Both the position numbers and the translations under genes were made by a program. Below the pieces are notes generated by a model that was not told where the DNA came from, made no database searches, and saw only the letters and a list, made by a program, of their open reading frames with translations. A stretch of 59,101 bases of DNA from a bacterium (GTDB lineage Bacteria; Patescibacteriota; Doudnabacteria; UBA920; VMFF01), in contig JAKCAE010000027.1 in NCBI GenBank assembly GCA_021842385.1, positions 1 through 59,101 of the forward strand, given 5' to 3'. Shown one piece after another: positions 26,204-34,001 of this stretch (positions are counted from its first letter, which is position 1; each line of letters starts with the position of its first letter).

Positions 26204-27329
26204 AATGCCACCAAGAAACTAGAAGCAAGGTACTGACAACAAGAAACATAAGGATTACATTAGAGCCGATCCTTAATTTGTCTATGTCGGAGTATTGTTT
26301 GTTCCTTAAATGCAGTGCATCAAAAAGCATAAAGAGGATAAAAAGACCACCAAAACCGACAACTATGTATTTAAAAGTGTTGTAAAGATCAGGAGCTGCT
26401 GCTTTTTCAGGAATGTCGCCTAATCTTTTTGGGTCTTCTTCTCTGGGCAGGGGATATGCTTTTAACGGGACTTCAATTTTTGATTCTAAGCCTTTGCTGT
26501 CTTTTGCGGCAATAACAAGGTTGTAAGCACGATAGTTAAAGTATTTTTCCAGCATAAAATATCCGCCATAACCAACACCCGAAGGGTTGAGTGGAATGGT
26601 ATTGCTTTGCAATGTTGCTGTTATTGAACTTGGTTTGCCAAAGGTTTTAACGAAAATTCCGATCTTTAATTTTCCCTCTTCAATTCCCGGGTTAACTATC
26701 AAACTATTGCCGTCTATTTCAACACTTGGTTTTTCAGTTGTTGTCGGAGGTACTGTTGTAACAGGTTTTGGTGCTGGTTGTTCTACGGGTTTTGGCACTG
26801 TCTGTGTCACGGTTTTTTGAGTTATCTGTGTGCTTGGTTGGGCTCCAAAAGTATTTGCAATGGCCATACCATATTTTCCGCCATTACCATCAGCAACACC
26901 AACACCTTGATCTCTGTAGTCAGCATTTAAAATATTTGCACGATGTGTTGGGCTTTCAATCCATGCTGCCATCAAACCTTCAGTGTCAAAAAAATCCACT
27001 GCCAGATTTTCTCCCAAAACAGTGTATGGCTTGTATCCTTCTGAAGCTATTTTGTCCCAGATGTAATTTCCTTCAGGATCAGTATGCGAAAAATAGTTGC
27101 GGGAAATCATGTCATGCGCTTTGAAATCTGCTGCTGCAGCCAGTTTAAAATTGTAGGCAAGAGTGGAGATGTTTCGCTGAGACCTTTCTTTGTTTACAGC
27201 ATTTGCTATGTTATCAGGGCTTAAATCAGAGGCCGTAGTAAAACTAAAACCCAACCCAATTCTTAGGGTAAGGAGCGTTATGATTGCTAAAATAGTTGTC
27301 TTCTGACCAAAGGGTCTTTGTAAAGCCAT
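26202..27329 (-). CDS. CAP/SCP (PR-1-like) domain surface protein with Pro/Thr linker and C-terminal TM segments
   Basis: Signal/TM at the N-terminus, then YFSHTDPEG...LGENLA...HRANIL, typical of CAP/YkwD domains. Followed by a PKPVEQPAPKPVTTVPPTTTEKP linker and two C-terminal hydrophobic helices. Confidence 0.65.
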   Translation of the reverse strand: MALQRPFGQKTTILAIITLLTLRIGLGFSFTTASDLSPDNIANAVNKERSQRNISTLAYNFKLAAAADFKAHDMISRNYFSHTDPEGNYIWDKIASEGYKPYTVLGENLAVDFFDTEGLMAAWIESPTHRANILNADYRDQGVGVADGNGGKYGMAIANTFGAQPSTQITQKTVTQTVPKPVEQPAPKPVTTVPPTTTEKPSVEIDGNSLIVNPGIEEGKLKIGIFVKTFGKPSSITATLQSNTIPLNPSGVGYGGYFMLEKYFNYRAYNLVIAAKDSKGLESKIEVPLKAYPLPREEDPKRLGDIPEKAAAPDLYNTFKYIVVGFGGLFILFMLFDALHLRNKQYSDIDKLRIGSNVILMFLVVSTLLLVSWWH

Positions 27330-27402
27330 AGCTTCGTATTTCCTTAATATTATACTCTTTTTAGCCTATTTTTACTAATATTTGGATATGTTCAAAAGGG
27401 AC

Positions 27403-27431
27403 TTGACAAAACTAAACTTTGAGGCTATAAT
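27403..27431 (+). promoter_or_regulatory. Perfect-consensus sigma-70 promoter upstream of the sortase gene
   Basis: TTGACA (27403-27408), a 17-nt spacer, TATAAT (27426-27431). It lies 22 nt upstream of the ATG at 27454. Confidence 0.6.
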
Positions 27432-27453
27432 AGTTAGTCTTAAGTAAAAATAT

Positions 27454-28620
27454 ATGGAATTACCACAAGGCACTCAAGACCTATACCAACATTTAGGAGC
27501 CCATGGTCATGAAGACCATGGAGCATCTTCTGAACATGCTGAACCAAAGATAGAAGAGTATACTCCTTTGGCACAAGAAGTGGCGGAAAAAGCCCCGCTT
27601 CTTGAGCATGATTCTGAAAGCAGAATAACCACAATACGCGTTTCACAGATTCCTTTTGGCAAAATTGTTAAAAAAATCTTGCCATATGCAATCGTCTTTG
27701 TTGTTGCCATTGGCTTGTTCCTTCTTCTTTTTACAAATTTTTCATTGAAATCATTGTTTGGCAACTCAACTGCTGCTCCAAAAACAAAAGTTGTCACTCA
27801 GTACACCAATCTTGAAGGTTACAATAAATGGATCAACTCATACTTTTATGAAGTAACAGACAGCTCAATTCTTGCTCCTGATTACGATATCTCAGGAAAC
27901 GGTTTAACTAACTATCAGAAATATATTTTGGGTTTAAATCCGAAGCGTAGAGATACTCTGGGTTTGGGTATTACTGATACCCAAGCTTTGATTGCAGGAA
28001 TCAATCCTTTGACAGGCAGTGCTATGACCGATGAGCAAAAGAAACTCGTAGCAACCTACATTGATTTAGAATCTGTTTCCAACAAACTTTCTTTAGCAGT
28101 GGCACAAACAAGTGGTATGGTTGCAGGCGCAAGTTCTAATGCAAATGAAACAAGGAACAACAGTGCAATTCAACAGACAGAAAATGCTTCATTAAGTATT
28201 CCTTCTTTGGGTATTACTGTTCCGATCATTTGGACAAGCGATGTTAAGAATTTTGATAAGGATTTACAATCAGGAGTTGTGCATTACCCGGGTACTGCAA
28301 TGCCAGGTGAAATTGGTACGTCATATATTTCAGGTCACTCTTCCAACTATTCTTGGGCAAAAGGGGATTACAACAAGATTTTTGCAAGCCTAGGCGATTT
28401 AAAACAATATGACTCTTTTTCAATTACAGCAAACGACCAATTAGGAAAGAAGATCATTTTCCATTATGTAGTTACAGGATCTTCTGTATACAAAGCAGAC
28501 GATCAAGCGCAGTTTGCAAATCAGGGTAAATCAATAGTTGCACTTTCAACATGCTGGCCAGTGGGCACTTCTTCGAAGAGATTAGTTGTTTTTGGAGAAT
28601 TAAGCCAGGTGGAGAGATAA
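27454..28620 (+). CDS. Sortase-family transpeptidase with long N-terminal extension
   Basis: Catalytic-type motifs YISGHSSNY (His), VALSTCWP (TLxTC-like Cys) and KRLVVFGE (Arg). There is an N-terminal His/Glu-rich cytoplasmic segment, one TM segment, and D-x-SGNGLTNYQKYILGLNP thrombospondin-type-3-like repeats. Confidence 0.75.
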   Translation: MELPQGTQDLYQHLGAHGHEDHGASSEHAEPKIEEYTPLAQEVAEKAPLLEHDSESRITTIRVSQIPFGKIVKKILPYAIVFVVAIGLFLLLFTNFSLKSLFGNSTAAPKTKVVTQYTNLEGYNKWINSYFYEVTDSSILAPDYDISGNGLTNYQKYILGLNPKRRDTLGLGITDTQALIAGINPLTGSAMTDEQKKLVATYIDLESVSNKLSLAVAQTSGMVAGASSNANETRNNSAIQQTENASLSIPSLGITVPIIWTSDVKNFDKDLQSGVVHYPGTAMPGEIGTSYISGHSSNYSWAKGDYNKIFASLGDLKQYDSFSITANDQLGKKIIFHYVVTGSSVYKADDQAQFANQGKSIVALSTCWPVGTSSKRLVVFGELSQVER

Positions 28621-28647
28621 CCGGAAAAGATCTGACTCTTTGTGGGT

Positions 28648-28683
28648 CAGCTAGGATTTTTTAACTTTAGAAAATCTTAGCTG
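28648..28683 (+). terminator. Strong hairpin after the sortase gene / left edge of GC-rich island 2
   Basis: CAGCTAGGATTTT / AAAATCTTAGCTG 13-bp stem with one G-U pair and a 10-nt loop. No downstream U-tract. Confidence 0.4.
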
Positions 28684-28751
28684 CTCTACAAGAAAGCAGG
28701 CCAATAATCTACCGTTTGGTAGACTGGCAACAATTCGAACGCGGAGGACGC

Positions 28752-29900
28752 GTGAAAAACCTACGGATGTTCCTCGTAGTGATGGTGTTGTGCACGCTCT
28801 CTGCGTGCTACAAGACCATCCAAGTCAAGCAGCAGCGGACCATCGTTGTTAAGGTGGCGCGTGATAGCGTCGTCAAGACAGCGTGGGCCGAGGCTCGCAA
28901 CTGCCGGATCGAGTCGCCGACTTTGGGGCAGGCCCGGGATGTCAACTTGCTTTCGCAGGTTGAACTTTCCGATATTGCCCGCAAGTGCGGCGCGGTGTCA
29001 GAAGAGAACTACCTGAAGTTCCGGCAAGGCTACAGCAAGCTGATCGACAGCCTGAGCAGCCTGCAGGCGCCAACCGGCGTCAAGCAGATGCTCCATTGGA
29101 AGCAGGATCGGATAGGGTCGTGGTTGAATGGCGTGCGAACGCTGTACGCCTCGATCAAGTCCGAGCCCGAGCAGTATACCGTGAAGGTTACAAGCGGCTT
29201 CGAAGTCTTTGGCGCAAATTCTGTGCCAAAGATGGATTCAAGCCTGCTTCGCAACCGAAGCGATGCTGATCTCCTGCACGTTCGGACTCCTGGGAGCCGG
29301 TTCTTTGACGAAGGATTCGTCAACGGAGCTGACTTTCTTGCGAAGGTGAAGGATCCGAAGACGCAGAAGTGCTTGGCTCTCGACGGCGGGATGTCGCCTG
29401 AGCAAATCCGGGATTACGTTTCCCGGAACTCTAACGGCGGCGCCCGGATTGTTCCTCTCTCGCAGTACCCGAACCTGGCATACAATGCCACGTGTTCGGA
29501 GCAGGGAAACGCTGGGTTGAATCAGCGGTATGTCCCGGCTAATTCTGCTAAGAGCATCAAGGCAGGGTTGGTCAAGCTCAGCGACGGTGTGACCGTCCTG
29601 ACTCTCGGCTACTGCTTCAACGCTGCGCTACCGCTTCAGGCGATGTATGCCGAAGCAAGCAGCGGAGAGGGTTCCAAGAAGGTCCCGTTTGAGATCCTTC
29701 GGGACAGTATCGCAACTGACACTGTGTCGAAGAAGGTCTTCGACGGCAAGAAGACTACAAAGGTTGCAGGCATCGTTGCACTGACGGGGCTTGCAATCTG
29801 GGGCGGAACCCAGATTCACTGGGGCGGGAAGAAACATCCCATCCCAGGAAAAACTGGTGGACCTCCTCGGGGACCAGACGGGGTTCCTCGCAGTCCGTAG
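28752..29900 (+). CDS. Hypothetical lipoprotein, GC-rich island 2
   Basis: GTG at 28752 lies 4 nt after GGAGGA; an alternative ATG is at 28767. Signal peptide with lipobox: KNLRMFLVVMVLCTLSAC. There is a C-terminal hydrophobic segment and a Pro/Gly-rich tail. Line 28861-28920 counts 39/60 G+C. Confidence 0.6.
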   Translation: MKNLRMFLVVMVLCTLSACYKTIQVKQQRTIVVKVARDSVVKTAWAEARNCRIESPTLGQARDVNLLSQVELSDIARKCGAVSEENYLKFRQGYSKLIDSLSSLQAPTGVKQMLHWKQDRIGSWLNGVRTLYASIKSEPEQYTVKVTSGFEVFGANSVPKMDSSLLRNRSDADLLHVRTPGSRFFDEGFVNGADFLAKVKDPKTQKCLALDGGMSPEQIRDYVSRNSNGGARIVPLSQYPNLAYNATCSEQGNAGLNQRYVPANSAKSIKAGLVKLSDGVTVLTLGYCFNAALPLQAMYAEASSGEGSKKVPFEILRDSIATDTVSKKVFDGKKTTKVAGIVALTGLAIWGGTQIHWGGKKHPIPGKTGGPPRGPDGVPRSP

Positions 29901-29914
29901 ATTTCACGCATAAC

Positions 29915-29990
29915 AGAGGGCCCGGAAGCCCTCTAGCAAGGTGGGGGTGTGCAGGTAAAGCATTCGCTTGTCTGTACGCCCCTCACCACC
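29915..29990 (+). other. GC-rich hairpins at the right edge of island 2
   Basis: AGAGGGC-ccggaa-GCCCTCT (29915-29934), followed by a long imperfect hairpin GGTGGGGGTGTGCAG...CTGTACGCCCCTCACCACC (29940-29990). Confidence 0.4.
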
Positions 29991-30083
29991 TTGAAACTTT
30001 AACTGGTGGAATTAGCAAGTTTTTAGCTTTCTAATTTTACTAGTGAAAGCTAGTAATTAACCAAGAATTAAGATTAAGGATAT

Positions 30084-33000
30084 ATGACAAAATTAATATC
30101 ATTGATTAAGTCTAAATATTCTGTGGCAGCAGTGGTCGTTCTTGCTGTTACGGTTTTTGGATTTGCAAAGGTCTACAAACAAGCGCAAGCAGACATTGCT
30201 TGTACTGGATACAATACAAACACTCCGGCATTAAATATTTGGCCATTAACATGGACTGGTGAATCTTGTCATGATTATGCTTTGGTAGATGCGAAAAACT
30301 TAAATGGTGGACGTTATGCACTTTCTCAAGCAGAGCATGATGCTGGCTTCTATGTTAATCCGGGCGATCGCGTAAGAGTGAGCGTATATTTTCACAACGG
30401 TGCAAATCAAGCTCCGGCGTCAGATCCTAACGCTAACATTGCCAGAAATGTAACAGCTTTCAGCTATTACGACACTAACTTAGGAACAGCACATACTGTA
30501 AACGGATCATTGATGTCATCAAACGCTGGTGTTGCCAGCAGCTCTAATCATGGCGGTGATGTTACTGTAAGAAGTAATGTTCCAACAACTTTGTCATATG
30601 TTCCTCAGTCCACACAAATGTGTGTCAGCCAAGCATATATACAGGCTACACATATCTCGGTTAATACTAGCCCAAGCAATGCTTGCGGTACTACTTTTGA
30701 CGGTCAAACAATGTATTTGGTTAATTTACCAGACGGCATTAGCTCAAATACAGGAGTCGATCTCGGCGATCTCCCAGCATGTTTCCAGTACGCAGGCTTT
30801 GTCATATACACCCTTCAAGTTAACGGTGTTTCCGGTCCTTCTCAAACAAATCTTTCTTTGACAAAAACAGTCAGTGTTTCGGGGCAAAACTCATTCTCTA
30901 AAACCGCAAATGCTAAGAATGGTGATGCTGTAGATTTCAGAGTCACCATTACGAACAATGGTCCTGGAGTTGCAAATAATATAAATATTAGAGATGCGTT
31001 GCCTTTTGGTTTGAGCATGATTTCAGGAAGCGGCAGATTAAATGGAATCGGCGGTTATGATGCGGTTGTTACTAATTCCAACGGTTACAACACAGGTATG
31101 AATTTGCAAGTTGGTGCACAAATGACATTTACATTCTCTGCAACAGTTAATGTGAACTCAGGATCATTAGTTAATAGCGCTTCTGCGCAGGGTTCTAATA
31201 CCAACCTTGTTTCAGATTCCGCAACAGTTAACGCTTCAACAGTCGCGGGTCTTGCTTGTACAATAGATTCGTTTACAGCAGACAGCCCAACTGTCACTTC
31301 GGGTTCTGCGACAATTCTTCGTTTTAGCGCATCCAATGTTATTGCCGGATCAATGTATATTTCCGGAGGACGCTTTAATGGTTATTCCTTGTCAGGTCTT
31401 TCAAGCCTAGATACAGGCGCGTTGACTTCAACAACAACATATACAATTACAGCAAACGGTTCAGGCGGTTCATGTTCCAGAAGCTTGACTGTTACAGTAA
31501 GCGGTACAACAACGCCTCCTGGTCTTGCTTGTACAATAGATTCGTTTACAGCAGACAACCTCGTGGTTAATTCAGGTTCTTCAACGATATTGCGCTGGAA
31601 CACATCTAACGTGGGTTCTGATGGTCTCTACCTTTCAGGCGGAAGATTTAATGGCTTGCTGGTTGCCAACACTGGAAGTATTGATACAGGAGCTTTAAAT
31701 TCAAGCGCAACATATACGTTATTTTCAAGCGGCAGTAATGGTTCATGTTCCAGAAGCTTGACTGTTTCAGTAAGCGGAACTCCTCCGGTTTCCGGCAGTG
31801 CTTGTAGTATTGATACGCTAACCGTTGATTCTGCAACTGTTAACGCAGGCACTTCCACAACCATTCGTTGGACAACATCAAACATTGGTCCTAATGGTCT
31901 CTACCTTTCAGGTGGCGGATTTAATGGTCAGCCGGTTTTAAACAACGGCAGTATTGATACAAACCCGCTTTTTAACACCGCAACATTCAGTTTGTTCGGC
32001 ACAGGTACTAATGGTTCATGTACTAGAAGTATTACTGTAAGTGTTTCTGGTGTTCCAGGATCTTCTGGAAGTGCTTGTTCCATTGATTCGTTTTACGCAG
32101 ACAGTTTTAACGGTAGTTACGGTTCTTCAACAACCTTGCGCTGGAGCGCTTCAAATGTAAACAGCTTGTACCTTTCAGGCGGAAGATTCAATGGTCAGCT
32201 TGTTTCAAGCGGCGGCAGTATAGATTCTGGATCTTTGTACGGTTCAACAACCTTTACCTTGTTTGGAAATGGTAACAATGGTTCATGTTCAAGAAGCATT
32301 TCCATAGGAACTTCAGGATCATATAATCCGGGATATACCTACTGTAACATTGATTCCTTTACAGCTGATTCATACAATGTAAGCTATGGTTCTACAACAA
32401 CCTTGCGCTGGAATGCAAACAGCTCTAGCACTCTTTCAATCTATGGCGGACGCTTTAACGGTCAGTCAGTAAGCAGTTTTGGCTCTATGGATTCTGGCCC
32501 TATTACAGGAACCACAACCTTTACTTTAAACGGAAGTTCTTTTGGATCTAGCTGCAGTAGAAATTTAACAATCAATCTCGCAACTGGTTCAGTTGCCGGA
32601 GCAAATATTGGTTTAACTAGCTCAAAGAGTGCTTTTAACAACACCAAAAATATTGATGCTACAACAGTCCCCGCAGAAAAAGAAAACTACATTACGTATA
32701 CTCTGGTAACGACAAACACTGGTAATGCCGCGGTTTACAACTATGTGGTTTCTGATGATCTTTCAGGTGTCTTAACCTATGCTGATATTGATGGTAGTGA
32801 TCAGATTTCAAAAGGGTACACTCTTTCAGGAAATGTACTTTCTTTCCCAGGTCAGACAATCTATGCAAATAGTTCTGTGACAAATACTTTCAAGGTTAGA
32901 GTTAAGTATAATTTGCCTAGCGCTTCCAACTTAAGCATGGTTAATACGTACGGTAACACTGTTACAGTAAGGCTGACCGCACCCCAAGTTTTGGGTGCAG

Positions 33001-33143
33001 GATTTGTTGCTCCAAAGACTGGTGCTGGGACAATGGTTGCAGTTTTCTTTGCATCTTTTGTAACCTTGCTTTTTGCTCTAGCAAAAAGAAAAGGTTACTT
33101 TCAAAGACTTTTAGAGAAAATGCCTAAGGTAAGAATTGAATAA
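30084..33143 (+). CDS. Large Ser/Thr-rich cell-surface repeat protein with sortase sorting signal (APKTG)
   Basis: Signal/TM at the N-terminus. DUF11-like segments (GDAVDFRVTITNNGPGVANNINIRDALP; YTLVTTNTGNAAVYNYVVSDDL) and five 90-92-aa Cys-bracketed repeats. The C-terminus reads VAPKTG-AGTMVAVFFASFVTLLFALA-KRKG, i.e. motif, hydrophobic span, basic tail. Confidence 0.8.
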   Translation: MTKLISLIKSKYSVAAVVVLAVTVFGFAKVYKQAQADIACTGYNTNTPALNIWPLTWTGESCHDYALVDAKNLNGGRYALSQAEHDAGFYVNPGDRVRVSVYFHNGANQAPASDPNANIARNVTAFSYYDTNLGTAHTVNGSLMSSNAGVASSSNHGGDVTVRSNVPTTLSYVPQSTQMCVSQAYIQATHISVNTSPSNACGTTFDGQTMYLVNLPDGISSNTGVDLGDLPACFQYAGFVIYTLQVNGVSGPSQTNLSLTKTVSVSGQNSFSKTANAKNGDAVDFRVTITNNGPGVANNINIRDALPFGLSMISGSGRLNGIGGYDAVVTNSNGYNTGMNLQVGAQMTFTFSATVNVNSGSLVNSASAQGSNTNLVSDSATVNASTVAGLACTIDSFTADSPTVTSGSATILRFSASNVIAGSMYISGGRFNGYSLSGLSSLDTGALTSTTTYTITANGSGGSCSRSLTVTVSGTTTPPGLACTIDSFTADNLVVNSGSSTILRWNTSNVGSDGLYLSGGRFNGLLVANTGSIDTGALNSSATYTLFSSGSNGSCSRSLTVSVSGTPPVSGSACSIDTLTVDSATVNAGTSTTIRWTTSNIGPNGLYLSGGGFNGQPVLNNGSIDTNPLFNTATFSLFGTGTNGSCTRSITVSVSGVPGSSGSACSIDSFYADSFNGSYGSSTTLRWSASNVNSLYLSGGRFNGQLVSSGGSIDSGSLYGSTTFTLFGNGNNGSCSRSISIGTSGSYNPGYTYCNIDSFTADSYNVSYGSTTTLRWNANSSSTLSIYGGRFNGQSVSSFGSMDSGPITGTTTFTLNGSSFGSSCSRNLTINLATGSVAGANIGLTSSKSAFNNTKNIDATTVPAEKENYITYTLVTTNTGNAAVYNYVVSDDLSGVLTYADIDGSDQISKGYTLSGNVLSFPGQTIYANSSVTNTFKVRVKYNLPSASNLSMVNTYGNTVTVRLTAPQVLGAGFVAPKTGAGTMVAVFFASFVTLLFALAKRKGYFQRLLEKMPKVRIE
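31248..32592 (+). repeat. Five in-frame tandem repeats (about 270-276 bp each) inside the surface-protein gene
   Basis: Units start at 31248, 31521, 31797, 32070 and 32340. The first 36 nt of units 1 and 2 are identical (GGTCTTGCTTGTACAATAGATTCGTTTACAGCAGAC). The unit ends share GGTTCATGTTCCAGAAGCTTGACTGTT. Confidence 0.85.
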
Positions 33144-33150
33144 CAGAAAG

Positions 33151-33181
33151 AAAACCCGCTTGATACAGAGCGGGTTTTTTT
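33151..33181 (+). terminator. Intrinsic terminator after the surface-protein gene
   Basis: AAAACCCGCT-tgatacag-AGCGGGTTTTTTT. Confidence 0.8.
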
Positions 33182-33266
33182 GTTGCCTATATATTTTGAA
33201 TAAACAGAGAGAAATGGTATAATAAAAAAAGTTTTAGAGAAATTAAAGAGAAAAAAGCAAAACAAA

Positions 33267-34001
33267 ATGAAGCTTTCCGTAGTTATTCCCGCATATAACG
33301 AAGAAAAAAGAATTCCTGCAACATTACATGCTATTGATACGTATTTAAAGAAGCAGGACTTTGATTATCAGATCATTGTAGTTGTTAATGGCAGTCATGA
33401 TCAAACTTATGAGGTCGTCAAAGAATTGGCACAAGATGTTTCTAATTTAATAGCTGTGAATCTTGCAAAAGGCGGTAAAGGGTACGCTGTAAAAAAGGGA
33501 ATATTGGAATACGCGGATGGTGATGTGGTTATGTTTATGGACGCTGATAACGCAACGCCGATTTCCGAGGTTTCAAAGTTTTTTCAGTACTTTGAAAAAG
33601 GGTATGACATAGTTATCGGTTCAAGATATTTGGATCCTGATAAAGTAAAAGTGCATCAACCTTTTTACAGAATACTCTTAAGCAGAGCGTCAAATCTTCT
33701 GATTCAGATTTTCGTAGCTCCGGGGATTAAGGATACACAGGTTGGTTTCAAGGCTTTTAGTAAGAGAGCTGCAAAAGATATTTTCCGTTTTGTAAGTATA
33801 AGTCGTTGGGGGTTTGATTTTGAAGTTTTGAAGATTGGTTTTGATAGAGGTTACAAAGTTAAAGAGGTTGCTCTTTCATGGACAGAGCATGGCGGAGGAC
33901 ATGTTCCCTTGAAAGCATATTTAGAATCTTTGTTGGATCTTTTTAAGATTAAGTTCAGATCCCTGCGCGGTGATTACAAAAAAGCGTTTAAGGAAAGCTA
34001 A
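33267..34001 (+). CDS. GT2 glycosyltransferase (polyprenyl-phosphate sugar synthase-like)
   Basis: LSVVIPAYNEEKRI, FMDADN, GSRY, and DTQVGFKAF motifs of the Dpm1/GtrB-like GT2 family. Preceded by TTGAAT-16-TGgTATAAT (33196-33223). Confidence 0.75.
   Translation: MKLSVVIPAYNEEKRIPATLHAIDTYLKKQDFDYQIIVVVNGSHDQTYEVVKELAQDVSNLIAVNLAKGGKGYAVKKGILEYADGDVVMFMDADNATPISEVSKFFQYFEKGYDIVIGSRYLDPDKVKVHQPFYRILLSRASNLLIQIFVAPGIKDTQVGFKAFSKRAAKDIFRFVSISRWGFDFEVLKIGFDRGYKVKEVALSWTEHGGGHVPLKAYLESLLDLFKIKFRSLRGDYKKAFKES

Noticed and set aside
28700-29960. The GC-rich islands as simple chimeric-assembly artefacts
   Set aside because: This cannot be excluded without reads. However, each block is internal, and host-type sequence and gene context resume on both sides (sortase before, its substrate after; RRM gene before, dinB after). 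That is not the usual signature of an end-joined chimera. It is flagged for read-mapping verification instead.
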